From: Gemmatimonadota bacterium | GTDB taxonomy: Bacteria; Gemmatimonadota; Gemmatimonadetes; Palauibacterales; Palauibacteraceae | Direction of reading: 5' to 3' | Assembly (NCBI GenBank): GCA_963666735.1 | Contig: OY762926.1 | Location: 1,536,001 to 1,600,000, forward strand | Length of the DNA: 64,000 bases | In this document: positions 19,098 to 28,077 of the stretch, piece after piece | Layout: every line of letters begins with the position of its first letter | Position numbering within the stretch: the stretch's first letter is position 1 | The notes under the pieces: model-generated | What the model saw: only the letters and a program-made list of their open reading frames with translations | What the model was told of the DNA's origin: nothing | The model's database searches: none | Position numbers and translations under genes: made by a program

Positions 19098-20465
19098 ATG
19101 CCCTTCGAAAGCATAGATCCGACCACGGAGGAACGGCTCGCCGCGTTTCCGGCTCTGGATGGGGGCGGCATCAACGCCGCGCTCGAGCGGGCCCGGGGCG
19201 CGTTCGACGTGTGGAGGCGGGTCCCGGTGGCCGAGAGGGCCGCACGCCTCCGCGCGCTGGCGGAACTCGTCGAGCGGGGCAAGGCCGCGTACGGTCTGCT
19301 GATGACGCGCGAGATGGGCAAGCCGCTGGCCAGCGCCGTCGCCGAGGCGGAGAAATGCGCCTGGGTGTGCCGGTACTACGCCGAGCACGGGCCCGCGCAC
19401 CTGGCGCCCGAGCCCTTCGAGTCCACCGGCACGCACTGCTGGGTCGAGTACCATCCCCTGGGCGCGGTGCTCGGGATCATGCCGTGGAACTTCCCGTTCT
19501 GGCAGGCCATGCGCTCCGCGGTGCCGACCGTGCTGGCAGGCAACGTCTTCCTGCTCAAGCACTCGCCCAACGTGCCGCAGTGCGCGGTCGCGCTCGAAGG
19601 ACTGTTCTCGCGCGCCGGATTCCCCGAGGGCGTACTCCAGAACGTCTTCGTCGAGATCGAGGACATCCCCCGCGTGCTCGACGACCCGACCGTGCAGGCC
19701 GCCTCTCTCACGGGCTCCGTCGCGGCCGGTTCCGCGCTCGCGGCCGAGGCGGGACGCCGCATCAAGACGACCGTGCTCGAACTCGGCGGCAGCGATCCCT
19801 TCATCGTCATGGAGAGCGCGGATCTCGACCGGGCCGTCGCGACCGCCGTCGATGCCCGCATGTGGAACAACGGCCAGTCGTGCATCGCCGCCAAGCGGAT
19901 GCTCGTCCAGAGTTCGATCGCCGGCGAGTTCACGGAGCGGCTCATCGAACGCGTAGCCGCGCTTCAGGTCGGCGACCCGAAGGAGCCGGAGGTCGAAGTC
20001 GGACCGCTGGCCCGTCGCGACCTGCGGGACACGGTAGCGGAGCAGGTCGAGGCCACCGTGGCGGCGGGCGCCCGGGTGGCCGCGGGCGGACGCGTCCCTG
20101 ACCGGCCCGGGTGGTTCTACGAGCCCACCGTGCTCACCGATGTGCCGGACGGATCCCCGGCCTCCGATGACGAGATCTTCGGTCCGGTCGCCAGCATCTT
20201 CCCGGTCGCCGACATCGACGAGGCCATCGAGCGCGCGAACGCGACGGAGTTCGGCCTCTGCTCCGCCATCTGGACGAACGATCCCGGGGAACGGGCCCGG
20301 GCCGTGCGCGATCTGGAGGCCGGCGGCGTCTTCATCAACGGGATGTCCGCTTCCGATCCCCGCGTCCCCTTCGGCGGCGTCAAACGCTCGGGGTACGGGC
20401 GGGAACTCGGCCCCCACGCGATGCGCGAATTCGTGAACGTGAAGACGGTGTGGGTGGGCGACTGA
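19098..20465 (+). CDS. NAD(P)-dependent succinate-semialdehyde dehydrogenase-like aldehyde dehydrogenase
   Basis: GIMPWNFPFWQ, LTGS, LELGGSDP, NNGQSCIAAKR, EIFGP, PFGGVKRSGYGRE. Confidence 0.92.
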   Translation: MPFESIDPTTEERLAAFPALDGGGINAALERARGAFDVWRRVPVAERAARLRALAELVERGKAAYGLLMTREMGKPLASAVAEAEKCAWVCRYYAEHGPAHLAPEPFESTGTHCWVEYHPLGAVLGIMPWNFPFWQAMRSAVPTVLAGNVFLLKHSPNVPQCAVALEGLFSRAGFPEGVLQNVFVEIEDIPRVLDDPTVQAASLTGSVAAGSALAAEAGRRIKTTVLELGGSDPFIVMESADLDRAVATAVDARMWNNGQSCIAAKRMLVQSSIAGEFTERLIERVAALQVGDPKEPEVEVGPLARRDLRDTVAEQVEATVAAGARVAAGGRVPDRPGWFYEPTVLTDVPDGSPASDDEIFGPVASIFPVADIDEAIERANATEFGLCSAIWTNDPGERARAVRDLEAGGVFINGMSASDPRVPFGGVKRSGYGRELGPHAMREFVNVKTVWVGD

Positions 20466-20484
20466 CGAGCCTGCCGCCTCCGTC

Positions 20485-21108
20485 CTAACCCGCTTCCGGT
20501 GCCAAGGTCCGCACGATCCGGTCGATGCACTGCGGGGGAGACAGTGACTCGGTGTCCACGCGCAGGTCCGGGCGCTCGGGCGGCTCGTACGGGCTGCCGA
20601 CGCCCGTCAGGTTCCTGATCTCGCCCTTCTCCGCCTTCGCGTAGAGGCCTTTCGGGTCCCGGGCCGCGCACACGTCCAGCGGGGCGTCGACGAAGACCTC
20701 CATGAAATCGGCGGGCTCGAACAGGCCGCGGGCAGAATCCCTGTCCCTCCGAAAGGGGCTGATGAGCGCCACGATCACGATCAGGCCGGCGTCGACCATG
20801 AGACGGCCCACCTCGGCCACCCGGCGGATGTTCTCCGTCCGCTCGGCTTCGCTGAACCCCAGGTCGCGGTTGAGGCCGTGGCGGAGATTGTCGCCATCCA
20901 GGACGCACGTATGACGCCCCGCCGCCATGAGACGCTTCTCGAGCAGGTTCGCGAGGGTGGACTTCCCGGACGCCGGCAGCCCGGTCAGCCACAGGCAGCG
21001 GGCGCGCTGCAGCTTAAGATCCTCGCGCGCGCGACGCGTGACGTCGAAGTCCTGCCACTCGATGTTCGGGGGCTTCGCGAGACCGCCCGTCCGGACCGAT
21101 GGAGCCAT
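20485..21108 (-). CDS. cysC: Adenylyl-sulfate kinase
   Basis: WLTGLPASGKST, LDGDNLRHGLNRDLGFS, ISPFR, RDPKGLY, TGVGSPYE. Confidence 0.92.
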   Translation of the reverse strand: MAPSVRTGGLAKPPNIEWQDFDVTRRAREDLKLQRARCLWLTGLPASGKSTLANLLEKRLMAAGRHTCVLDGDNLRHGLNRDLGFSEAERTENIRRVAEVGRLMVDAGLIVIVALISPFRRDRDSARGLFEPADFMEVFVDAPLDVCAARDPKGLYAKAEKGEIRNLTGVGSPYEPPERPDLRVDTESLSPPQCIDRIVRTLAPEAG

Positions 21109-21115
21109 GTCCGCC

Positions 21116-24100
21116 TCAGGTCCGGACGGGTGACGCGGGCTCGAGCCCGCCGCCGGCCAGACCCAGTTCCGGCTCGGGTGCGCGACCGCGGCCGAGCCGG
21201 CGCTTGACCCGCTGCGTGAGCGTGTGGTTCATCATCGCCAGCGCGGGCACCGCCAGCATGATGATGAAGGTGGCGAACAGGATCCCGAAGCCGAGACTCA
21301 CCGCCATGGGGGAGAGGAACTGCGCCTGGGTGCTGCGCTCGAGGATGATCGGCGACACCCCGAGGAAGGTGGTCACGGAGGTCAGCATGATGGGGCGGAA
21401 GCGGACCTTGGCCCCCTGCACGATGGCCTCCGACATGGGGAGCCCCGCCCGATGCCGTTCGTTGATGAAGTCGATGAGGACGAGCGAATCGTTCACGACC
21501 ACGCCCGACAGGCCGACGAGGCCGAACATCGAGAGCATGCCGAGGTCGAGCCCCATGATCAGGTGCCCGATCGCGGCGCCGACGAGCCCCAGCGGGATGG
21601 AGGCCATCACCACCAGCGGCTGCACGTACGAGCGGAAGGGAATGGCGAGCAGCGCGTAGATCGCAAGCAGTGCGAGCAGGAAGCCGCGCGCCATCCCCTC
21701 GAACGCCAGCGTCTGCTGGCGCTGTTCCCCGCCGAACCCGTAGCGGAGGCCCGGGTATCGGGCCTGTAACTCCGGCAGGATCGCCGACGTGATCTCCGTG
21801 TTGACCTCCTGGCCCGTGATGACCGCGGCATCCACATCCGCCGTGACCGTCACGATCCGTCGCCCGTCGATCCGGTTGATCGTCGACGAGGCGATGCCGA
21901 AGGACACGTCCGCGACCTCCGACAGCGGCGCCTCCCCTCCCGTCGGCGTGCGGATCCGGTAGTCCTGGAGGTCCGCGAGCGTGTTCCGCTCCGACTCGGG
22001 CAGCCGGACGTAGACGCGCACCTCGTCGCGACCCCGTTGCAGCCGGTAGACCTCGTTCCCGAAGAACGCCCCGCGCACCTGGCGCGCCAGGTCGTCGAGC
22101 GTGATCCCGAGCGTGCGGGCGGCGGGCTTGAGCTCCAGCTCCAGTTCCCGCTTGCCCCGGCCCCGGTCGTCCCGGACTTCCGTCACGCCGGCGATGCGAG
22201 ACAGGCGGCCGGTCAGGTCCGGGACCGCCGCGCTCAGCATGGCCGTGTCCGGATGAGAGAGCTCCACCTGCACCGGCGACCCGAGATCGATGAGGATGGA
22301 GCTGAAGGTGAGTTCCCGCGCGCCCGCGACCGGTCCGACCCGTTCCCTCCAGGCCCGCTCGACTTCGATGGCCGGCAGGCTCCGGATCTCGGGGTCCGAC
22401 AGGCGCAGACTGACCTCGGCGATATTGGACCGGACGAAGCTGGCCTCGGCGGCCATGCCCGGCCCGCCCGCCTGCGAGGGGCGCTGTCCGACGCTCGTGA
22501 AGATCGCTTCGACCAGCGGCGGTTCGTCCTCCGGCATCTCCGCTTCCAGCCCCGCGATCGCAGCGTATCCCTGCCCCTCCACATAGCTGGCCACTTCCAG
22601 GGTGCGCTCGCTCGTCGTGCCCTCGGCCATCTCGATGTAGGCGACGACCTCCTCGCCCTCGATGACGGGCAGCAGGCTGAAGCGGAGATGCCGTCCCGCC
22701 ACGAGTCCCCCGACGATCATGAGTGAGGAGATGGCCCCGAGCACCGTCAGCCCGGGGCGTCGCACCGCGAAGCGCACCGAGCGCTCCAGCGGACCGTCGA
22801 CGAAGCGCTGCAAGCTCGTCTGTACCAGCGCCTGCAGGCGGTAGACGGGCCCCAGCAGCCCTCCCTTGCCACGGTCCGAGCCCGGCGCCGGCAGGTGCGA
22901 GAGATGGTAGGGGAGGATGAACAGGACCTCGACGAGCGACAGGAGGAGCACCGAGATCACGATCGCCGGGATCACGTAGAGGAACTTCCCGAGGCTGCCC
23001 GGCACGAAGAGCAGCGGAGTGAACGCCGCCACGGTCGTGAGCACGGCGAAGATCACCGGCACGGACACCCGTCTCGTGCCCTTGATGGCCGCGCGTAGCG
23101 CGCGCGTCCCCTTTTCCCGCTCCGCGAAGATGTTCTCCCCCACGACGATCGCGTCGTCCACCACGATGCCGATCGCGAGGATGAACCCGAACAGCGCCAT
23201 CATGTTGATGGAGATGCCGGCCCACGCCATCACGGCGAACACGCCGGCGAAGGAGAGGAAGATCCCGACCGCCGTCCAGAACGCGAGCCGCAGGTCGAGA
23301 AAGAGGGCGAGCGCAATGAGCACCAGAATCAGACCCAGGCGGCCGTTCTTGATGAGGAGGTCGATCCGGCTCTGCAGGTATGAGGCTTCGCTGCGCCAGA
23401 TGCTGTAGTCGACACCCCGCGGCAGGGAGCCGGCCAATTCCTCTTCCAGGTAGCGGTTGACTTCGTCGGAGATCTCCAGGACACGCTCGTCCCCCGTGCG
23501 CAGAACCTGCACGAAAGCCGTCGGCTGCCCGTTATAGGCGTTGATCAGGTCGACGTGCTCGAAACCGTCCTGGATGTCCGCGATATCGGACAGGCGGAGC
23601 ATCGACCCGTCGACGCTGGCCCGCACGACGACGTCCGCGAAGTCCGCCCGAGTGTAGTTCTGGCCCCGGATGTGAACGAGAATCTCCTCGCGGTCGGTCT
23701 CGACGCTCCCGCCGGGAAGGTCGAGGCTGCCGCGCCGCACCGCCGCGGCCACCTCGTCGAGCGTCAGGCCGTGGGCGCGCAGCGCGTCCTTCGACACTTC
23801 GATCGAGATCTCGTACTGCCGGACGCCGGAAACGCGGACGAGGGAGATCGTCGGCAGCGAGGTGAGGTCGTCCTTGACCCGGTTCGCGATCTCCTTGAGG
23901 GTCCGCTCGGGAGCGTCGCCGAAGATCGCGATCTCCATGACGCGGCCTTCCGCGGTCAGCGCCACGACCTCCGGCTCCTCGGCATCGACGGGAAAGCTCG
24001 TGATCCGGTCGATGGCGGACTTGATCTCGTCCAGCGTCTTCGACTGGTCCGTGCCCAGCGACAGTTCGGCGAGCACGACGCCGACGTTCTCCGAGGCGGC

Positions 24101-24349
24101 GCTCGTGACGCGGTCGACGCCCTGGATGCCCGTGATGCGCTCCTCGACCCGCCGCACGATCGCCTGTTCGACTTCGTCGGGCGACGCGCCGGGGTACTGG
24201 ACCTGCACCTGAATCGTGTCGAGGGAGATCTCCGGGAACGTCTCCTGGGGCAGGCTGATGAGACTCACGAATCCCGCCAGGATGATCAACACCATGAGCA
24301 GGTTGGCGGCGACGCCGTGCCTGGCCATCCACCCGATCGCCCGCCTCAT
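21116..24349 (-). CDS. RND efflux permease (AcrB/AcrD/AcrF family)
   Basis: GIVVDDAIVVGEN, GVVVNDSLV, RFRPIMLTS; 1077 aa; ATG overlaps the MFP stop. Confidence 0.93.
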   Translation of the reverse strand: MRRAIGWMARHGVAANLLMVLIILAGFVSLISLPQETFPEISLDTIQVQVQYPGASPDEVEQAIVRRVEERITGIQGVDRVTSAASENVGVVLAELSLGTDQSKTLDEIKSAIDRITSFPVDAEEPEVVALTAEGRVMEIAIFGDAPERTLKEIANRVKDDLTSLPTISLVRVSGVRQYEISIEVSKDALRAHGLTLDEVAAAVRRGSLDLPGGSVETDREEILVHIRGQNYTRADFADVVVRASVDGSMLRLSDIADIQDGFEHVDLINAYNGQPTAFVQVLRTGDERVLEISDEVNRYLEEELAGSLPRGVDYSIWRSEASYLQSRIDLLIKNGRLGLILVLIALALFLDLRLAFWTAVGIFLSFAGVFAVMAWAGISINMMALFGFILAIGIVVDDAIVVGENIFAEREKGTRALRAAIKGTRRVSVPVIFAVLTTVAAFTPLLFVPGSLGKFLYVIPAIVISVLLLSLVEVLFILPYHLSHLPAPGSDRGKGGLLGPVYRLQALVQTSLQRFVDGPLERSVRFAVRRPGLTVLGAISSLMIVGGLVAGRHLRFSLLPVIEGEEVVAYIEMAEGTTSERTLEVASYVEGQGYAAIAGLEAEMPEDEPPLVEAIFTSVGQRPSQAGGPGMAAEASFVRSNIAEVSLRLSDPEIRSLPAIEVERAWRERVGPVAGARELTFSSILIDLGSPVQVELSHPDTAMLSAAVPDLTGRLSRIAGVTEVRDDRGRGKRELELELKPAARTLGITLDDLARQVRGAFFGNEVYRLQRGRDEVRVYVRLPESERNTLADLQDYRIRTPTGGEAPLSEVADVSFGIASSTINRIDGRRIVTVTADVDAAVITGQEVNTEITSAILPELQARYPGLRYGFGGEQRQQTLAFEGMARGFLLALLAIYALLAIPFRSYVQPLVVMASIPLGLVGAAIGHLIMGLDLGMLSMFGLVGLSGVVVNDSLVLIDFINERHRAGLPMSEAIVQGAKVRFRPIMLTSVTTFLGVSPIILERSTQAQFLSPMAVSLGFGILFATFIIMLAVPALAMMNHTLTQRVKRRLGRGRAPEPELGLAGGGLEPASPVRT

Positions 24350-25668
24350 GAGCCGTCTCCTTCCCGCTCGTCGCCTTCCTGCCCGTCGCCGTTGGCGCCC
24401 GGCTGCCACGGCTCCGCGCTCTCCAGCAACTGGACGGGCCGCACCGTCATCCCCTCGGTGACGAAGAGGAGCATCGAGACGATGACCGGCGTGCCGTCGG
24501 CGATCGATCCGAGAACCATGGCTTCATCGTCCACCTCCTGGATCGGCTCGACCGGGGTCATCACGAGCAGGGTGTCGTTCTCCACCGTCCACAGGACATC
24601 GCCGTCGCGGACGGCGCCCGCCGGGACGACGGCGTATTCCTCGAAACTCGCGCCTTCGATGTCCACCGTCGCGTAGCTGCCGAGCAGGAGCGGCGGGCGG
24701 CGGGTATCGTCCTCCGGGGCCGCGAACGGCTCGGGCACGGTGACCACCACGTCGACCGTTCGCGTCTGCTCGTCGAGCGCGGATTCCGCCCGGTCCACGT
24801 ATCCCGACCAGGCGTACTCGATCCCGCCGTACTCCGACGTGATCGCGACCGGGATGCGCGTTGCCGCATCGCCCGCCCGCGCGCTCCACAGGCGCTCGAT
24901 CAGCGCCGCCTCGTTGTCGCTCAGCGGCACGACGATCTCCACCGCGTCCGTCGCGTACAGACGGCCGACGGTCTGGCCCGCCGCGACGAACTGCCCGAGA
25001 TCGACCGTCTCCTCGCGCACGATCCCGTTGAAGGGGGCCCGGATCCAGGTCCGTTCCAGCGCCAGACGCGCGTCTTCCAGCCTGGCCCCGGCGCTTCTGA
25101 GGGCCGCCGCGGCCGCATCGAGTTGTGGCTGCCGCGTGACGAGGGCGTTCGGCGGCGTCGGATCGAGGTTCTCGCGGGCCGCGAGCCGCCTCCACTCATC
25201 CAGCGCCAGCCGCGCATTCTCCTCCGCTTCCAGCAGTGCGACCTCGCGCTGGGCGACATCCGCCTCCGCGGCCTCGACCGCGTTCTCGTAGTCCGCCGGG
25301 TCTATCCGCAGGAGCGGCTCGTTCTCGAGGAAGCGCCCGCCGCTCACGAGAGCGGGCGAAGTCCAGACGACACGTCCGCCGACCTGCGACGCGATCGTGA
25401 CCTCGGCGCTGGGCCGCACCGTGCCGCCGCCCCGCACCTTGATCGCGCCCTGCGTCACGCGGGCGGGCACCGTGCTGACCGTGGGGATCACGCGCGGAGG
25501 CTCCACTTCCGCCGGTTCGGCGCGCATGCCGAACAGGAGCGCAAAGCCGAGCACTCCCACGCCGATAATGATCGTCCCCTGCACCAACCGCCTCAGGAAC
25601 CCCGGCAGCGCGACGGGCGCCTCCGTGTCCTCCGGTTCGTGCGGCGTCTGCCGCGTTCCGTCTTCCAT
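24346..25668 (-). CDS. RND efflux membrane fusion protein
   Basis: Single TM, VGGRV, coiled hairpin, IRAPFNG. Confidence 0.9.
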   Translation of the reverse strand: MEDGTRQTPHEPEDTEAPVALPGFLRRLVQGTIIIGVGVLGFALLFGMRAEPAEVEPPRVIPTVSTVPARVTQGAIKVRGGGTVRPSAEVTIASQVGGRVVWTSPALVSGGRFLENEPLLRIDPADYENAVEAAEADVAQREVALLEAEENARLALDEWRRLAARENLDPTPPNALVTRQPQLDAAAAALRSAGARLEDARLALERTWIRAPFNGIVREETVDLGQFVAAGQTVGRLYATDAVEIVVPLSDNEAALIERLWSARAGDAATRIPVAITSEYGGIEYAWSGYVDRAESALDEQTRTVDVVVTVPEPFAAPEDDTRRPPLLLGSYATVDIEGASFEEYAVVPAGAVRDGDVLWTVENDTLLVMTPVEPIQEVDDEAMVLGSIADGTPVIVSMLLFVTEGMTVRPVQLLESAEPWQPGANGDGQEGDEREGDGS

Positions 25669-25677
25669 CGCTCCGCC

Positions 25678-27270
25678 CTATCTCCGATCGGGGGGCGCCG
25701 ACGCGCCCTCCGGGTCTTCACTCGTCTCGGTATTCCCGACGTCCCCGGTGTCCCCGGTGTCCTCGACGTCCTCCGCCACCCACGCGCCGCCCAGGGCGCG
25801 GTGCACGGCGAGCCGCGCCTCTCCGATGCCGCGTTCGGCGAGAACCCGGGTGGTTTCGGCGCCATTCAGGTTGACCCTCGCGTCCAGGTACTCGACGTAG
25901 TCCCCCACGCCGCTCTGGTAGCGCTCGAGCTGGTTCTCCAGCGAGGCGCGAGCATCGGCGACCTGTTCCATGACCTGCGCGTAACGCTCACGCTCGTTCT
26001 CGAACTGCCGCAGGCTCGTGCGCACCTCCCGGTAGGCGTCGAGCACGGTGCGCGCATAGGCGATCAGCGCCTGGTCGTACTGGGCCCACGCGGCCCCGAG
26101 GTTGGCGCGCAGGCGGCCGCCCTGGAAGATCGGCGCAACGAGGCCGCCGATCAGGTTCGTGAACCATTGGTCGATGAGTTGCAGATCCGCGAGGTCGCCC
26201 GCCTGGCGGCCCACGGCCCCGTTGAGGGAAATCGTGGGAAGCAGTTCGGCCCGGCGCGCCCCCACCCGGCGGCGCGCCGCCTCGACGCGCTCGAAGGCGG
26301 CCATGACGTCGGGCCGGTCCTCGAGCAGCGACACCGGCAGCCCGCCGGGAATCGGGGTCGTATCGACCGCCGGCTCCAGCTCGGGCGGCAGCAGATCCTC
26401 GATCATGCCCGCGTATCGTCCCACGAGGAGGGCGAGGCGCCCTTCCGCGTCGTCCGCCGCCGTGCGCAGGCCCGGCAGGTTCGACTCGGCGGTCCGGTAC
26501 TGCTGCCGGATCGCATAGAGTTCGAAGGTGTTCGTGACGCCGGCCTGATACCGCTCCCGCGTGAGTTCGGCGCGCTCCCGGAGTAGATCGACGTTGTCCT
26601 CGGCGATGGCGAGCTGGGCCCGCGCCGAGACGACTTCGAGATACGTCGCGATGGTGGACGCGATGACGGTGAGCCGCACGGTCTCCGCGTCCGCCCGGGA
26701 GGCCAGGAAATCGCGCACCGCCGCCCCGGACTCGTTGCGCAGCCGGCCCCAGAAATCGAGTTCGTACGCGAAGCCGAGCGAGGCCGAGTACGTCGTGAAC
26801 TCGAACCGGTCGGGGAAATTGAAGCTGATCCCGGGAATCGGGCCGCCGCCGTCATCGCCGTCGCCCCCGAACTGCGACCCCAGGCCCGTATTGGCGGGGG
26901 TGCTGGACCGGGTGCCGTTCGCATCGAGCGTCAGCGCCGGGAAGAGCGGCGCCCGCGCGATCCTGTACCGGTGCCGCAGTTCCTCGAGCCGCGCGACGGC
27001 TTCGTGCAGATCCAGGTTGGCGACGAGCGCCGTCTCGATCAGGCGGTCCAGCGTCGCGTCATCGAACGCCCGCCACCAGGTGCGGGGCTCGGGCGCCGCC
27101 TCGGCGGCGGGAGCCTCCGCCTCGTACGCCGCGGGGAGCTCGGCGACCGTGGCCGGGACCCGGGGACCCGGGGCGAACGAACACGCGCCCGCCACCGTGA
27201 CGAGAAGCAACCCGCCGGCTCGCCAGGGACGGCGCACGCCGACCCCGGACGCCATCGTGGCGGCGCTCAC
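25678..27270 (-). CDS. Efflux outer membrane lipoprotein (NodT/TolC family)
   Basis: Lipobox AGAC, WWRAFDDATL, YELDFWGRLR, RPDV, PIFQGGRL, ALGGAW. Confidence 0.9.
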   Translation of the reverse strand: MSAATMASGVGVRRPWRAGGLLLVTVAGACSFAPGPRVPATVAELPAAYEAEAPAAEAAPEPRTWWRAFDDATLDRLIETALVANLDLHEAVARLEELRHRYRIARAPLFPALTLDANGTRSSTPANTGLGSQFGGDGDDGGGPIPGISFNFPDRFEFTTYSASLGFAYELDFWGRLRNESGAAVRDFLASRADAETVRLTVIASTIATYLEVVSARAQLAIAEDNVDLLRERAELTRERYQAGVTNTFELYAIRQQYRTAESNLPGLRTAADDAEGRLALLVGRYAGMIEDLLPPELEPAVDTTPIPGGLPVSLLEDRPDVMAAFERVEAARRRVGARRAELLPTISLNGAVGRQAGDLADLQLIDQWFTNLIGGLVAPIFQGGRLRANLGAAWAQYDQALIAYARTVLDAYREVRTSLRQFENERERYAQVMEQVADARASLENQLERYQSGVGDYVEYLDARVNLNGAETTRVLAERGIGEARLAVHRALGGAWVAEDVEDTGDTGDVGNTETSEDPEGASAPPDRR

Positions 27271-27935
27271 GCGAGTTCCCCACGCCGAACGGGTTCGGCC
27301 GGCCGGAGACCCGCGAGCAGGAGGTCGACGATGTGCGCCTTCCGTTCCTGCAGGAAGCGATCGAAGTCCTCTACGGCCCGGGAGTGGAAGAGGCGCACCG
27401 TCGGGAGGGCGACGAACGGAAACAGACAGGCCGACACGATCGTGAGCAGCGTGTGCCGGAGGTCGATCTCGCGGATCTCGCCCGCTCCGATGGCCGCGCG
27501 CAGCCGGTCCTCGAGCAGGAGTCCCGGCACCTCCTCGCGCGCCTCGATCGCGGCGGCAAGATGTCGCTCCAGGACGCCGCCGCCGCACAGGCACTCGTTC
27601 AGCATGAGGCGGGCCATGTCCTGATGCTCGTAGATGTAGTCGATGTAGCCGTACACGAACGCGCGCAGGCTGTCCTCGACTCCCTCCTCCGCCCGCAGCG
27701 ATTGGCTGAGCCCGGCCATGAACTGCCGGCACCCGTGCTCGAACACGGCCTCGTACAACTGTTCCTTGGTGCGAAAATAGTAGTGCAGCAGCGCGCGATT
27801 TATCTCCGCGTGATCCGCGATCTCCTGCAATCGCGCGCCGTCCCGTCCCTTGCGGGCAAACACCGTCAGGGCGGCGTCGAAGATCCTCTGTTCGGTATCC
27901 GGCGGTCGCGTCGCGGCCGGAGCTTGCGGTACCAT
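27267..27935 (-). CDS. TetR/AcrR family regulator
   Basis: IFDAALTVFARKG...LQEIADHAEINRALLHYYFRTKEQL. Confidence 0.92.
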   Translation of the reverse strand: MVPQAPAATRPPDTEQRIFDAALTVFARKGRDGARLQEIADHAEINRALLHYYFRTKEQLYEAVFEHGCRQFMAGLSQSLRAEEGVEDSLRAFVYGYIDYIYEHQDMARLMLNECLCGGGVLERHLAAAIEAREEVPGLLLEDRLRAAIGAGEIREIDLRHTLLTIVSACLFPFVALPTVRLFHSRAVEDFDRFLQERKAHIVDLLLAGLRPAEPVRRGELA

Positions 27936-27946
27936 CGCGAGCCTCC

Positions 27947-27988
27947 GCGTTATCCAGCGTTATCCAAATCGTTTAACAGTCTTGTCAA
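27947..27988 (-). promoter_or_regulatory. Putative tetR promoter/operator
   Basis: Minus-strand TTGACA inside the imperfect inverted repeat TTAACA-GTCT-TGTCAA (27973-27988), plus direct repeat GCGTTATCCA x2 (27947-27966). Confidence 0.55.
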
Positions 27989-28077
27989 GAGGACCCGGAC
28001 CCTAGTCACGGCTCGTAGCGGGCGCAAGTTTCTCGCCGGGGTTCCGCGACCGGGACCACAAAACCGACGGAGGATCC

